Of a stretch of 64,000 bases of DNA, positions 51,200-62,418 are shown piece after piece; position 1 is the first letter of the stretch; the number at the start of each line of letters is the position of its first letter. The translations under genes were made by a program, and so were the position numbers. Source of the stretch: Narcine bancroftii (taxonomy: Eukaryota); contig NC_091480.1 of the NCBI RefSeq assembly GCF_036971445.1, positions 22,754,001-22,818,000 of the forward strand. The letters run 5' to 3'. The notes beneath the pieces were generated by a model. The model was not told where the DNA came from. It made no database searches and saw only the letters and a program-made list of their open reading frames with translations.

Positions 51200-52910
51200 C
51201 TAATCAGAATCAGAATTTATTGTCATGAACAGGTCACAAAATTAGTTGTTTTGTGGAAGTATCACAGAGCTTATTCATATAAACCACCTTTAAAAAAATA
51301 CAGGTGCTTACAACCTATGTGACTTAGATCCATCCACACATAGGACCGATTAAGAAAAAATATATGAGAGAGAGAGAGAAATTATAAAATACAGGACTTG
51401 CAACCTATGTGACTTAGATCCATCCACACATAGGACCGATTAAGAAAAAATATATGAGAGAGAGAGAGAAATTATAAAATTTACATGTTTATGTTGTATT
51501 TGACAAACTATAACAGGGATACAGGGCTTGTAAGAGCCAAAATATATGAATTTGCCTTGTTAGTCGGCATCCTGGGGTCCTTATATGATGCGGCCATCTT
51601 GAATTCTGTACGGGAGTCTTCAGGTGTTGCGTGGATGGTGGATTTGTGTATTGGAGTCCAGTTGGTGCATGCGCAAGAGTAAAGGCCGCAAATTCAATAG
51701 CATTAGGGTGCTTAACTCTCTCACATGCGCCAACTGAACTCCAGTATGTGAACCCACCACTCATGCACCTACCGAAGACTTGCGCATGTGCAGAAGAGTT
51801 GAGATGGCCGCACCCAGCCTACGGACCCCAGGAAGCTGACTAAGTATGCAATTCTGACATATGTCCATTTTGAGATATGACCAGCTATCCAGAACTGAAC
51901 ACGGATGTATGTCGGGGCGTACCTGTAAATAAAAATAGCACACACAAAGTCTATGTAAGGCAGTATCTTTGGTTCATTCAGGAATCTGATGGCAAATGGA
52001 AGAAGCTGTCTTTGTGCTCCTGAGTGCTCGTCTTTAGGCTCCTGTGCCTTTTCCCCAATGGTAGCAGAGTGAAGAGGCCATGGCCTGGGTGGTGGGGGTC
52101 CTTGAGGATAGAGGCTGCTTTCTTAAGACACCGCCTCTTGTAGATATCCTCAATGGATTGAAGTCTGGTGCCTGTGATGTCGCAGGCTGAGTTAACAACC
52201 CTCTGGAGTTCTTTTCTTGTCCTGAGTGTTGGCCCCTCTGTACCAGTGATGCAACCAGCCAGAATGCTCTCTACAGTAAACCTGTGGAAGTTTTTGAGAG
52301 TCTTTGGTGAGATACCAAATCTCCTCAAGCACATCATAAAGTTTAGCTGCTGACGAGCCTTCTTCATGATTGCATCGACATGGAGGCTCCAAGTCAGATC
52401 CTTGGAGATATTGACACCCAGGAATTTGACCATTTCCACTACTGAGCCCTTGATGAGGACTGGATGTCAGTCTCCTAACTTCCTCCTGAAGTCCACAATT
52501 ATCTCCTTAGTTTTTGAGGAAGGGGTGTTGTTTCCAATTCGTACTGACTGTGGTCTTTCGAAGAGGAAGTGAAAGATCCAGTTTCAGAGGGGGGTGCAGA
52601 GGCCCAGGGTTTGGAGCTTCTTGACCAGCACTGAGGGAATAATGGAAATGAAGGCTGAGCTGCAGTCAATGAAGAGCAGCTGAATGCATGAGTTACTGTT
52701 TTCAAAGTGATCCAGAGCTGAGTGGAGAGCCAGTGGAGTGATTGTGACAATTTGCAATGGGTCCAGTCCTTTGCTTAGGTACATATTAATTCTGGCCATG
52801 ACCAGCCTCTCAAAGCATTTCATCACAGTAGATATTAGTGCTACTGGGCCATAGTCATTGAGGTAGCTCACTCTGTTCTTCTTGGGTACTGGGATGATTT
52901 AAGCCCTTTT
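51200..52910 (-). mobile_element. Rex1/Babar-like LINE RT 3' part, with a MITE inserted in its tail
   Basis: LNDYGPVALISTVMKCFERLV (52584-52871); KFLGVNISKDLTWS...ILKDPHHPGHGLF (51978-52439); (AATCAG)n tail at 51200. Confidence 0.92.
51301..51925. mobile_element. Tigger-like MITE with internal foldback and 90-bp tandem duplication
   Basis: TA|CAGGT...ACCTG|TA ends; host Rex tail resumes at 51928; 90-bp period repeat 51296-51480; inverted repeat ~51560-51843. Confidence 0.7.
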
Positions 52911-53069
52911 GATGCCATATTGTCACCTTGTTTTGCAATAATAAAACAGTATGTCTTTGTTCAATAGAAAAGATAGCTCTAATCACCTTAAAATGTCATC
53001 TCACTTTTAACAAAACTGCATCCTGTAGTAATTAGCTTTAATTTGCAGCATCCAACAAGGTAGTGCGTG

Positions 53070-53600
53070 AAAGATAAATAAAAACACAAAAGGGCAGGAG
53101 AAACTCAGCAGGTCCCACAGCATCCATTGGAGGCAAAGATTATATAACCAACATTTCAGGCCTGAGACCTTCGTCAGGGTATGAGCAAAAGGCAGGCAAG
53201 CACCTAAATAAAAAGGTTGGGCGGGGTGGAGGGAAGAAGGGGCAGGGGTCAAGCACAGCCAAGAACCTGTAGGTAGAGATGGATAGGAGGACAGGAGAGA
53301 AAAGCTGAGAATTGATCGGGGAAGGAGGTAGCTCTGTGAATGTCGAGCCGGAGGAAAGGAGGCAGAGGATTGAGGAAAGAGGGAGAAAGAGAGAAAGGGA
53401 GAGAGAGAGAAGGTGTGGTGAGCTGGACAAAAGGAAACAGGCATAGTGAAAGAGAGAGACGGGAAAGGAGTGCCTAATGGAAACAGGAGAAGCTGATGTT
53501 AGTCAGCTGGTTAGAAAGAGGGTGCCCAGACAGAATATCAGGTGTTTTTCCTCTAATTTGCAGGTGGTCTCTGTTTGGCAGTGCATGAGACATGGCGTCC
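53070..53600 (-). mobile_element. Penelope-like element 3' terminal region
   Basis: Same terminus as 21815 and 35595; purine-rich tract; hammerhead motif at 53147-53180. Confidence 0.7.
53147..53180 (-). ncRNA. Minimal type I hammerhead ribozyme motif
   Basis: ACC-CUGACGA-AGGUC(UCA)GGCCU-GAAA-UGUU-GGU: canonical core, stem II, 3-bp stem I. Confidence 0.6.
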
Positions 53601-54789
53601 ATCAGACTTCCTTCTTTTGGCACATCAAAGAGGCTGTTTGCCATTTTATCATGGCAGAAACCGCTTCATGTTACCATCTGCTGTGCAAGTTCAGACACCA
53701 CAGTGATCAGGGAGACTCATATTCAGATGTTTATTTAAGTACTGAGAAAGCCAGATACAAAGCTTCAGATGGATTAAAATCACAACTCATGCAATGCTTA
53801 TTAAATTCTAGCATGCTCAGAAGTGAATAGTACCATCTAATTCTAAGGTAACACATCACAGAGGAGCATTACCTTGACTAATATGTAAACATTTAGTTAT
53901 CATTCTCTGAACAAGCTGAGAAGATGCACTTGCAGTATTGGGTGAAACAAAACATGTCTTTCATTCAATCAATGATTCAACAAGCCTCTTATTAGTAGCT
54001 CTGCTGACCCTCTGTGTTCGCATCCCAGTCACTTCTCCCTGCATTCCCGCAGAGGTTAATTGCTTTAGCGACCAGCTTGTAGCTTCTTTTATCTCTTTCT
54101 CATATGCAGCTATTCCACAGGCTGTTTTTCGGTTAACAACAGGTCAATTACGTCTTGCCTATACATCTCCACCTGCGTTCCCCTGCTTAACGTGTCTTTA
54201 TGTTGACCCATTGCTTTGGCCATTGCAACAGGTCTGTTACATTATTATGATCGCCACTGAAGGGATATTATTTTCAAAAGAACATTCCAGTGGGCTGTTC
54301 ATTTGTTATTATTCATGCTTCTGGCATGAATAATAGAGCAGGGATATTTGTTTAATAGGGTAGGGATATTTGTTTTGTGACAACATGCTCTACACCAGCT
54401 GTTCCATGGTCTTGATTACCATAAAATATACTCTAACCCTGCACATCTGTGAAGAATTTCTCCCCACAGGATTGAGAATTTCACACTACTCTGCCTTCAT
54501 TAAAACCACGAAGGGAAAAAAAAACAGGAACCCTAAAGCATCTCACTGGAGATTCAACCACACATCCAATAGAAGAAACTTCAAGGAAATTCCTCCTTTC
54601 ATTTTCCTGGGTTTAAGGTCCCCCATGATTAATTCAATACAACAAACAATGGCATGATAGATCTACCAATCTATGTTCAGATCTATCTTCCACATGAATG
54701 TTATCTGATGATTTTTACCTATCTTCTGTGACCTCCAAGGAGTTGTCTTCAACTGTCCAGGTTCCAAGTTTGGAATCCCCTTCACCTTA

Positions 54790-55700
54790 GATTCAGGTTT
54801 CAGATTTATTGTCAGAGTACATACTTGACATCAGATACAATCCTGAGATTCATTTTCTGCGGGCGAGGCAGAATTACCACTAATTGATAGCACAAAAAAA
54901 AGTACACAATGTACATATGTAAACAATCTCACTCTGGAATACAGAAAGAAAATAAAAATCAATAAAGAACAAACATAGTGGGGGAAAAAGAAGCTAATGT
55001 AAAGGTAGATATTCTCCCCCTTTACATCGCTTCATTCACCTTGAAGAAAACTCCAATGGTGGATTCAGCAGGCGAACTCCGATCTGCCTAGGTGGGGGGG
55101 TACACTCTTAGGACAAGGTCGCTCCATCTCCTCTGTGAAGGCAATGCCACTGAAAGTGACGGGCTGACGACGTCACAGCGATGCCGTCAGCCCACGACCC
55201 AAGAGCCCGAATTTTAAAATCATATAGCTAATTACGTTGCGCAGGAGATCTGTTTGAGTCCTAAGACTGCTTGAACAAATCTCCACCAGCGCTCGTACCT
55301 GCTCTTCGCTTGCTATTTCAGGTATAAGTTGCCTTTCCTTCTCGGCGTGTATGTTTGATGTCACAGCCGTGGACTGCACTACTCGCCCTGACTCCCTCCG
55401 CTGCAGAAGACAGCTCCCGAGGCAGCTGAGTTGAAATCAATGCTGGATCAGTCTTATAGGCCTTCTCCATCCAAAGGAAAAAATTCACCTTTTATTTTGT
55501 TGAGATGCCTTTAATGTGGCTTTGCACCATTAAAAGAAAGGCCTTAAGAATCCTTAAATGAGTCTCCGATTCAGTTTGTTGTTGTGGAGGGGTAGCAGCT
55601 GTTCCTGAACCTGATGGTGCGAGTCTTGTGGAACCTGTACCTCTTTCTTGATGGTAGCAGGAGGAACAGTGTGATGGGTAGATGTTCTCGATGGTGGGGA
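54790..55700 (-). mobile_element. Rex1/Babar-like tail carrying a ~570-bp insertion
   Basis: Colinear with 63640-63960 except for extra DNA at ~54975-55545. Confidence 0.7.
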
Positions 55701-56419
55701 AGGTTTCGCCTTTGATTTTAATCTCCTGTATTAAGATCTTGCTTTCAGTTTCTCATCTTTGATTAAACTCATCACTCTCCTGGTACCTCATTGCTTAGCA
55801 CATATTTTCATTTAAATGTTATAATTATGTTCCTGCTTTTTGTTGACATGACATTTCTGAACACAGGTGCAGGAATAAAATATGAAGGCCCAGACCCACA
55901 ACCACAGGAAGGTGTTTAAATCCTGCTCAGGGAATAAAATCGAGAAAGGAACAATTTCCTTCTTCAATCTCTTAACAATGCATTTGAAAAGGTTCTTTGC
56001 TAAGAGGCAGATGTTGCAGAAGGCCATTTTCCCCCTGCTCCGATTCTACTCCTGCTTGGTCCTCATTCAAAAAGTGATAATAGTTGTGACTCTAGGAGTT
56101 ATTCCGGATTTACTGAATCACTGCTCTGATGCTCTGCTCAAGATCAGAAGTAACTGCAGAAAGTTGTGGCTGCAACTCAGTATGTTATACAGACTTCCCT
56201 CTCCATTTACTTTATTTACATCTCCCACTGCCTAGAAAAGGCAACCAACATACTGAAGAACTTATCACAGGCCAGGGACTCTCCCATCTGCCCATGAAAT
56301 TGTGCACATTTTCTTCCCGCAGACATCAGGCTCCGGCAACAATACTAGCATGCTGCTTTGGAGGCGGAGCAGAGGAGGTTTATGATTTTATCTGTACTCT
56401 GTAATTGTGCTTTTGTTCT

Positions 56420-57420
56420 TCTAAGAACATAAGACATAGGAGCAGGAGTTGGCCATCTGGCCCATCGAGCCTGCTCCGCCATTCAATGCGATCATGGCTG
56501 ATCTGATGATAGCCGAGCTGCCCTTCCCCCATATCCCTTAATTCCCTACTTTGTAAAAATCTATCCAACCTTGTCTTAAATATATTTACTGAGGTCACCT
56601 CCACTGCTTCAATGGGCAGTGAATTCAATAGATTCACCACTCTGGGAAAAGCAGATCCTCCTCATCATCCTAAATCTTGAGGATATACCCCCCCCCCCCC
56701 CCCCCCCAGATCTAGTCTCCCCCACCAATGGGAACAACTTACTTACCTCTATCTTATCTGTGCTTTTCATAATTTTATACCAGTGGTTCTTTCCACTCAC
56801 ATACCACTTTAGGTATTTCCCCTATGCCATAGGTGCTCTGTGATTAGTAAGGGGTTACTTAAGGTGGTATGTGGGTGGAAAGAAAAAGGTTGAAAACCAC
56901 TGTTTTAATCAGACCTCATTGACTCTTAATGTGGACGGTTTCAGAACTCCAAAGGAAATGGGCCAATTACATTTTTTTCTCTAGCAAAATATTTCAGTAA
57001 CAATTGGGTCTAGAGCAGTGATTCTCAACATTTTTCCCCATTCACATACCACCTTAAGCAATCCCTTACTAATCACAGAGCGCTGATGACATAGGAATTA
57101 CTTAAAGTGGTATGTGAGTGGAAAGAAAAAGGTTGAGAACCACTGTTTTATATTCTTCTATAAAATCCCCTCTCATTCTTCTAAACTCCAGCGAATATAG
57201 TCTCAGATATCTCAATCTCTCCTCACAGGGTAACCCTCCCATCTCTGGAATCAATCTGGTGAACCTCCTCTGCTCCGCCTCCAAAGCAGGTACATCATTC
57301 CTCAAGTAAGGAGGTCAGATCTGCATGCAGTCCTCCAGGTATAGCCTCATCAGGACCTTGTACAGTTGCAGCATAACCTCTGCTACTAAATTCAATCCCT
57401 CTAGCAATGAAGGATAACAC
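56420..57420 (-). mobile_element. CR1 3' end, interrupted by a hAT MITE
   Basis: ALEAEQRRFTRLIPEMGGLPCEERL...YSLEFRRMRGD (57102-57305); NSLPIEAVEVTSVNIFKTRLDRF (56380-56640); AAGAACAT tail. Confidence 0.92.
56781..57145. mobile_element. Compound hAT (Charlie-like) MITE, copy 1
   Basis: TIR CAGTGGTTCT...AGAACCACTG; 8-bp TSD TTTTATAC / TTTTATAT. Confidence 0.9.
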
Positions 57421-58039
57421 TTCATCTGGGTGTGTTTGAGTTAAACTGTTCGCCTGCTCTCAGAAGAACCCTTCTCATTGTACTCTGTACAATGTGACAA
57501 GTAAATTTAAACTGAAACTTAAACACTGGGGAAATTTATTTTATACTCAAACTGGCTAATGTAATCATCTCAGAGAAAATTCCTGATTAAGATTTTTTGA
57601 CTATAGCCATCTCTAATTGAACAGAATCTTCAAGATACCTGTTGTTTCCTGAAAATGCTGCAACAGCGTCAAGTTATTACATTGTCAAGTAGTGCCCTAA
57701 TTGGCCTATCAGATGGATTATAGTAGAAGGTTTTCAAATATATAATGAAAACATGATGAGAGATGTTATCTTCTTAAGGCATCAGTCAATTCTTAATTTC
57801 TTCAAAGGATCAGCCCAATCATGTAAGTGGCACTCAATTTTCAGCTTCAACATGCTTTGCATAATTGTCCACAACTTCAAGCACAAATTCTAAGAAGGCA
57901 TAGAGAGAGGAAATAAGTTGTTTATAAGCTAAGTGTAAAAAAAGAGGAAATCGGTAGATCAAGAACAGGATGACCAATATTGTGGAATTATCTGGAGAGA
58001 CCTTGGCAAAGGGTTTTATGACAGAAATAATTAATATGA

Positions 58040-58900
58040 TCAGTTTCTTTTTCAATATTTTTATTGGATTCATCAAATAAATGTTTCATAAGTACATGAC
58101 AATAAAACAAAATATTAATAAATTTTATATAGTAATAAAAATGGTATTGAAACCTACGTAACATTGAAGCAAAGTTAAAAAAAAACACGAAACTAATTAT
58201 AGATCCCCTCCTTTTGGAGGCTACTGGCTTAACCCGAACATTCCACTACTGATAATAAATAAGATAAACAATGGGGTAAAAACCAGAAACTAATTAATCC
58301 TACATTTTGAAAATAATCAAAGAAAGGAACCCCATAAAGCAGTGGTTCTCAACCTTTTCTTCCACTCACAGGCCGCTTTAAGTATTCCCTATGCCATAGA
58401 CACTCGGTGATTAGTAAGGTGGTCTGTGAGTGGAAAGGAAATGTTTGAAAACCACCATTTTAATTGAACCTAATTGACTCGTTATGTGCATGGTTTCACT
58501 TCTCCAAAGGAAATGGGCAATGACAATTTTTCTCAAGCAAAATATTTCAGTAATCTTTGGGTCTAGAGCAGTGATTCTCAACTTTCCCTTCCCACTCATA
58601 TACCACCTTAAGCAATCCCTTACTAATCACAGAGCCCTGATGGCATAGGGAATACTTAAAGTGGGATGTGAGTGGAAAGAGAAAGGTTCAGAACCACTCT
58701 CAAAAAGGGACAAAGTTAAGATTCATAACATCTAGTTTTTTTTCCAAAGTCAAACATGCCGTCATATCAGAGTGGGAGGGAGAGCATCTTTCCATCTCAT
58801 TAGTGATAAAGGAAGCGAGGGCAACTACATGGGATTGTGAAACAGTCAAACCGATTGGCCCACTTATTCCAAAGAGAGCAAGAAAATGATCATCAGTGTC
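58040..58900 (-). mobile_element. Second L1-family 3' fragment, interrupted by a hAT MITE
   Basis: ORF2 C-terminal remnants RWKDALPPT, ACLTLEKK and WGSFLDYFQN across the MITE; T-rich reverse tail at 58044. Confidence 0.7.
58340..58699. mobile_element. Compound hAT MITE, copy 2
   Basis: Colinear with 56781-57145; TSD CCATAAAG / TCAAAAAG (6/8). Confidence 0.88.
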
Positions 58901-59172
58901 TGAACATGCTCTCACTCCTTTTAATCATCAGTTGACACATAACAGATGACATGATAGACTGGAGTATTTCTGAAGACTCTTGCAGAAGGTCCAGGCAAGA
59001 TTTTACATCAGATGCAAGTTCCACTGGAGAGTCAATGGTGGCCTCCACCAATAAAATGGTGGATGCTGCTTCTTCTAGAGGACATCATGGTGTTGTGAAT
59101 CCAATAGTCTGTGGAAGAACACAGAGGAGCATTATCCTTTGAAAGTAGATAGCTAGAATCCTTTCAGCTAGA

Positions 59173-59362
59173 GAGGGGTGGGCAACTTTTTTATTTCAAT
59201 TTTTAATTTAGACGTACAGCATGGTAACAGGCTATTTCAACCGACCAGTGCATACTGGGGGTGTTGGTTAATTGGGTGACATGGACTCGTGGGGTGATAT
59301 GGCCTGTTACCATGCTGCATGTCTAAATTAAAATTTAAAAATTAAAAGGTTGGCCACCCCTG
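59173..59362. mobile_element. Foldback element with hAT-like ends and inverted SINE-tail arms
   Basis: ~60-bp inverted arms AGGGGTGG(G/C)CAAC...TTTAATTTAGAC(G/A)T(A/G)CAGCATGGTAACAGGC. Confidence 0.7.
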
Positions 59363-60854
59363 ACACCCCTATCAGATGACTCCTGGTCCAAAACTGAGTG
59401 AGCAAATGCATGAGAGTCAAAACAACATCAATGACCAATTGTGATCTCCAAAAGCAAAAAATGTAAATAACTGTGGAAGGATTTTTATAAACAAACTATA
59501 GAAGCCAGCTTCAGAATTCCATGTGCCCAACTAAACAGGCTTGCTTGATTCCTTGCGTCTGCCAGATTTTCATCAGTAGATTGGACATTTAGCTTCAAGT
59601 ACAAGCATTGGACAGTTTCCTGTCACGTTTCACATGGAAGCTTTGTCTGGTTTGGACAAGAGTTTCAGACACTTATCTATTGGATGAGCTCTTCATGCAG
59701 TTAGAAACTGGACAATTTTTGAAGGAATTCTGGATCTTTGTTCAGATATTAAGCCTAGAGTGGACTCTGAAAATGGAGATAGTATAAACAGTTAATTATA
59801 CTCTGGACCAAACTCACTTTTAATTTGGACTGACTCCAAACGTTAAACTATATTTTCCACCCCTCATATTTATTCATCTTGCTTCTCTCCGTCCATGTTG
59901 TAAATCCAGTTTGAATACAAGCAGGAAATATTTAACCTTGCGTAAGACACAGATAAATACAGCTAAATAATTGTTAATCCAAGCATGGAGTGCAGATGGG
60001 AATCATTGAGTTAAAGTATGTCAGATCAGAATTACGATCATGAATTAAAATGTATAATTGTATTGATGCAATCAATTCCCTGAAAATATCTGGAAGAATT
60101 ATTGAAATATTAATGGCTGCAATGCATGAGTTTAATATTGGCTGTTCAACAAGGGAAGAACAAAGACCCGTTTTGACTTAAGGACATGACTCTCCGTGCC
60201 TCATTCGCCTAAAGCCAAATAATTGATGTTCAGGTGGAAAAATAATTAGTTACATAGGAGGTCAAATGAATTGCAAAGTGTTCAGAAAAAAACTTGAAAA
60301 TTTAGATAGAACTGTCAAATTAACTCATTTTCCCCAGAGGATTAGAAATGCAGGAGAAGCATTTGAGTACAATCCCTGCAACTGCTTTCAGAGGGTTCTA
60401 TTTATTATTAGAAACACAAATATTATTTCCACAGGGAAACAAATGTGCCATCATTAGTGAACTTTGAAATGATTACATCTAAAAATCCTGTTTTGTTCAA
60501 TTGGTATGAAAAGTGGTCAGACAATTGACTGTTGCAAGCACTTTAGCAATGTTAAAAATATATGGATCCAGGATACTCAATATGCAAGAAACCATTACAT
60601 GAAGTATTTTAAATAGAAGCTTGGTTTTCACATTGGTGGATGTTGTGGGGTGTGGGCATAGTAAACAGGAAGGGGAGAATTTAAAAAGCAGTTTTTATTC
60701 ATTGTTTATAATTAGAGCCGAGAACAGAAGAGTGAAATGAATGTGTGTGTGTGTGTGATGTTCAGGACACCAAAAACTGGGAGCCTTTAGTTTTGAACGT
60801 TTGTTAAAGAAAAGTTAGACAACATTAATTTGTAAAATATGTTTCACTTTGACT

Positions 60855-61264
60855 TTCAATGTCACTTAAACTCAGGAGTTGATTGTTGACTTCAGGAAAG
60901 GAAAGCCAGATCTACAATTCATTGATCTTTGGGGGATCAGAGGTGGAGAGGGCGAGCATATTCAGGTACTTAGGAGTCACTATCTTGGAAGATCTTTCCT
61001 GGACTCAACGCACCAATGGCATCGTAAGAAAGCTCTTCAGCGCATCTACTTCCTCGGGTGTTTGCGGAGGTTTGGTATGACACCAGAAACCCTGGCAAAT
61101 TTCTATAGAGGTATAGTGGAAAGTGTGCTGACCAGTGACACCATGGCAATATCCCTGAGGGTAAAGCCCTGCGAAAGGTAGTGGAAACAGGCCCAGGACA
61201 TCAATGGCAAAACTCTCCCCACTATTGAGTACATCTACAGAGAACGCTGTCGTCGGAGAGCAGA
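60855..61264 (+). mobile_element. Rex1/Babar-like fragment
   Basis: IVDFRKGK, FRYLGVTILEDLSWTQ, LRRFGMTPETLANFYRGIVESVLT. Confidence 0.88.
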
Positions 61265-61345
61265 TTGAAGTCGCTGTAGTCGCTGCTGCCATCAGGTCAC
61301 ATATCAACGTCATTGAGATTTGTATGGATTCGGAAATTGTGTCCT

Positions 61346-61550
61346 TGTTGTACCATCGGAGATCTTAATAAACACTAAGAAGGCTTGCAAGTTTAACAGC
61401 ACAAATCTTTACTCACATTAGGTTACTGGTCAGGTATTAATGCACTGTCGCACTGAGCATGCCCACCACTCAAATGTGATGCGGCTCTTACAGTCTTGCA
61501 GTGTTCATGCTCCAGCATAAAATAGTCCCAAGTTTCCTCTGTCTATAACA
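61346..61550. mobile_element. LTR-like element (TG...CA)
   Basis: TGTTGTA...TATAACA termini flanked by TCCT on both sides. Confidence 0.55.
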
Positions 61551-62157
61551 TCCTTCCTTCTTAAAAAAAATTAGAACAATGATTTCGGAATCCTTGCAAA
61601 TCTCAATGACACTGATATGTGACCTGTTAAACTGTAAAATGAATCCAAGGCTGAAACATTTCACTTTGATTAATTATTTCAAAGATAATGACAAGATTTT
61701 TTTTCTTTAGAAATAAACATTTATGTACATGGAAGTAAGATCTTGAGAGAAGGCTGCCATGCAATTGTTTAAACAAAATATGGAAACTGAAATTAACAGC
61801 AGGAATGAAGTCCTGAGCATTAATAATGCAGGATTTTCATTGGAATTTTTTTATAGCAGTGTAAACCCTGGACATTGATTCCTAATTCATCTAGGATGGA
61901 AACATCTTCCGACTTGTTTATGAGACAGAAGGACAAAGTGATGGACTGTTCGTTTCCTTTATGAGGCTATTGGTTGCACATACTTCAGTGAAACTGAACT
62001 GCATAGGTAGAGTAAAACACACTGCTAAAACCGAACGAAGAGACATTTCTTTGTAAGTGTTAATTTCCATGTTTGTTGATGGCAAATCTATCTCACAATG
62101 GCTCAGTTATCAGACTGGTCATCTGATGTACAATGCGAAATGGACAGTAATTTATAT

Positions 62158-62418
62158 CTAAATTTAAATTGAATTTTAGACATTAAGCACAGTACAGGCC
62201 ATTTTGGCCTACGAGTCCATGCTGCCCATTTTACACCCAATTAACCTACACCCCCAGTACATTCCAAACGGTGGGAGAAAACCGGAGCCCCCAGGGAAAA
62301 CCCACACAGACACAAGGAGAACACACAAACTCCTTACAGACAGCGCAGGGTTTGAACCCAGTCCCAATTGCTGGCACTGTAAAGGCGTTGTGATAACCGC
62401 TCTGGCAACCGTGCCACC
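62158..62418 (-). mobile_element. V-SINE/HE1-like SINE, near full length
   Basis: Minus strand GGGGTGGCACGG...GGTTCAAACCC (B box)...GTGTGGGTTTTCCCTGGGGGCTCCGGTTTTCTCCCAC...TCTAAAATT. Confidence 0.88.

Noticed and set aside
51296-51480. CRISPR-like repeat array
   Set aside because: Only two contiguous 90-bp units with no spacers, in vertebrate DNA
56687-56707. Poly-C runs (also ~15047, ~35558, ~48944) and short microsatellites (~32895, ~60742)
   Set aside because: Ordinary simple repeats inside or beside TEs; homopolymer lengths are error-prone
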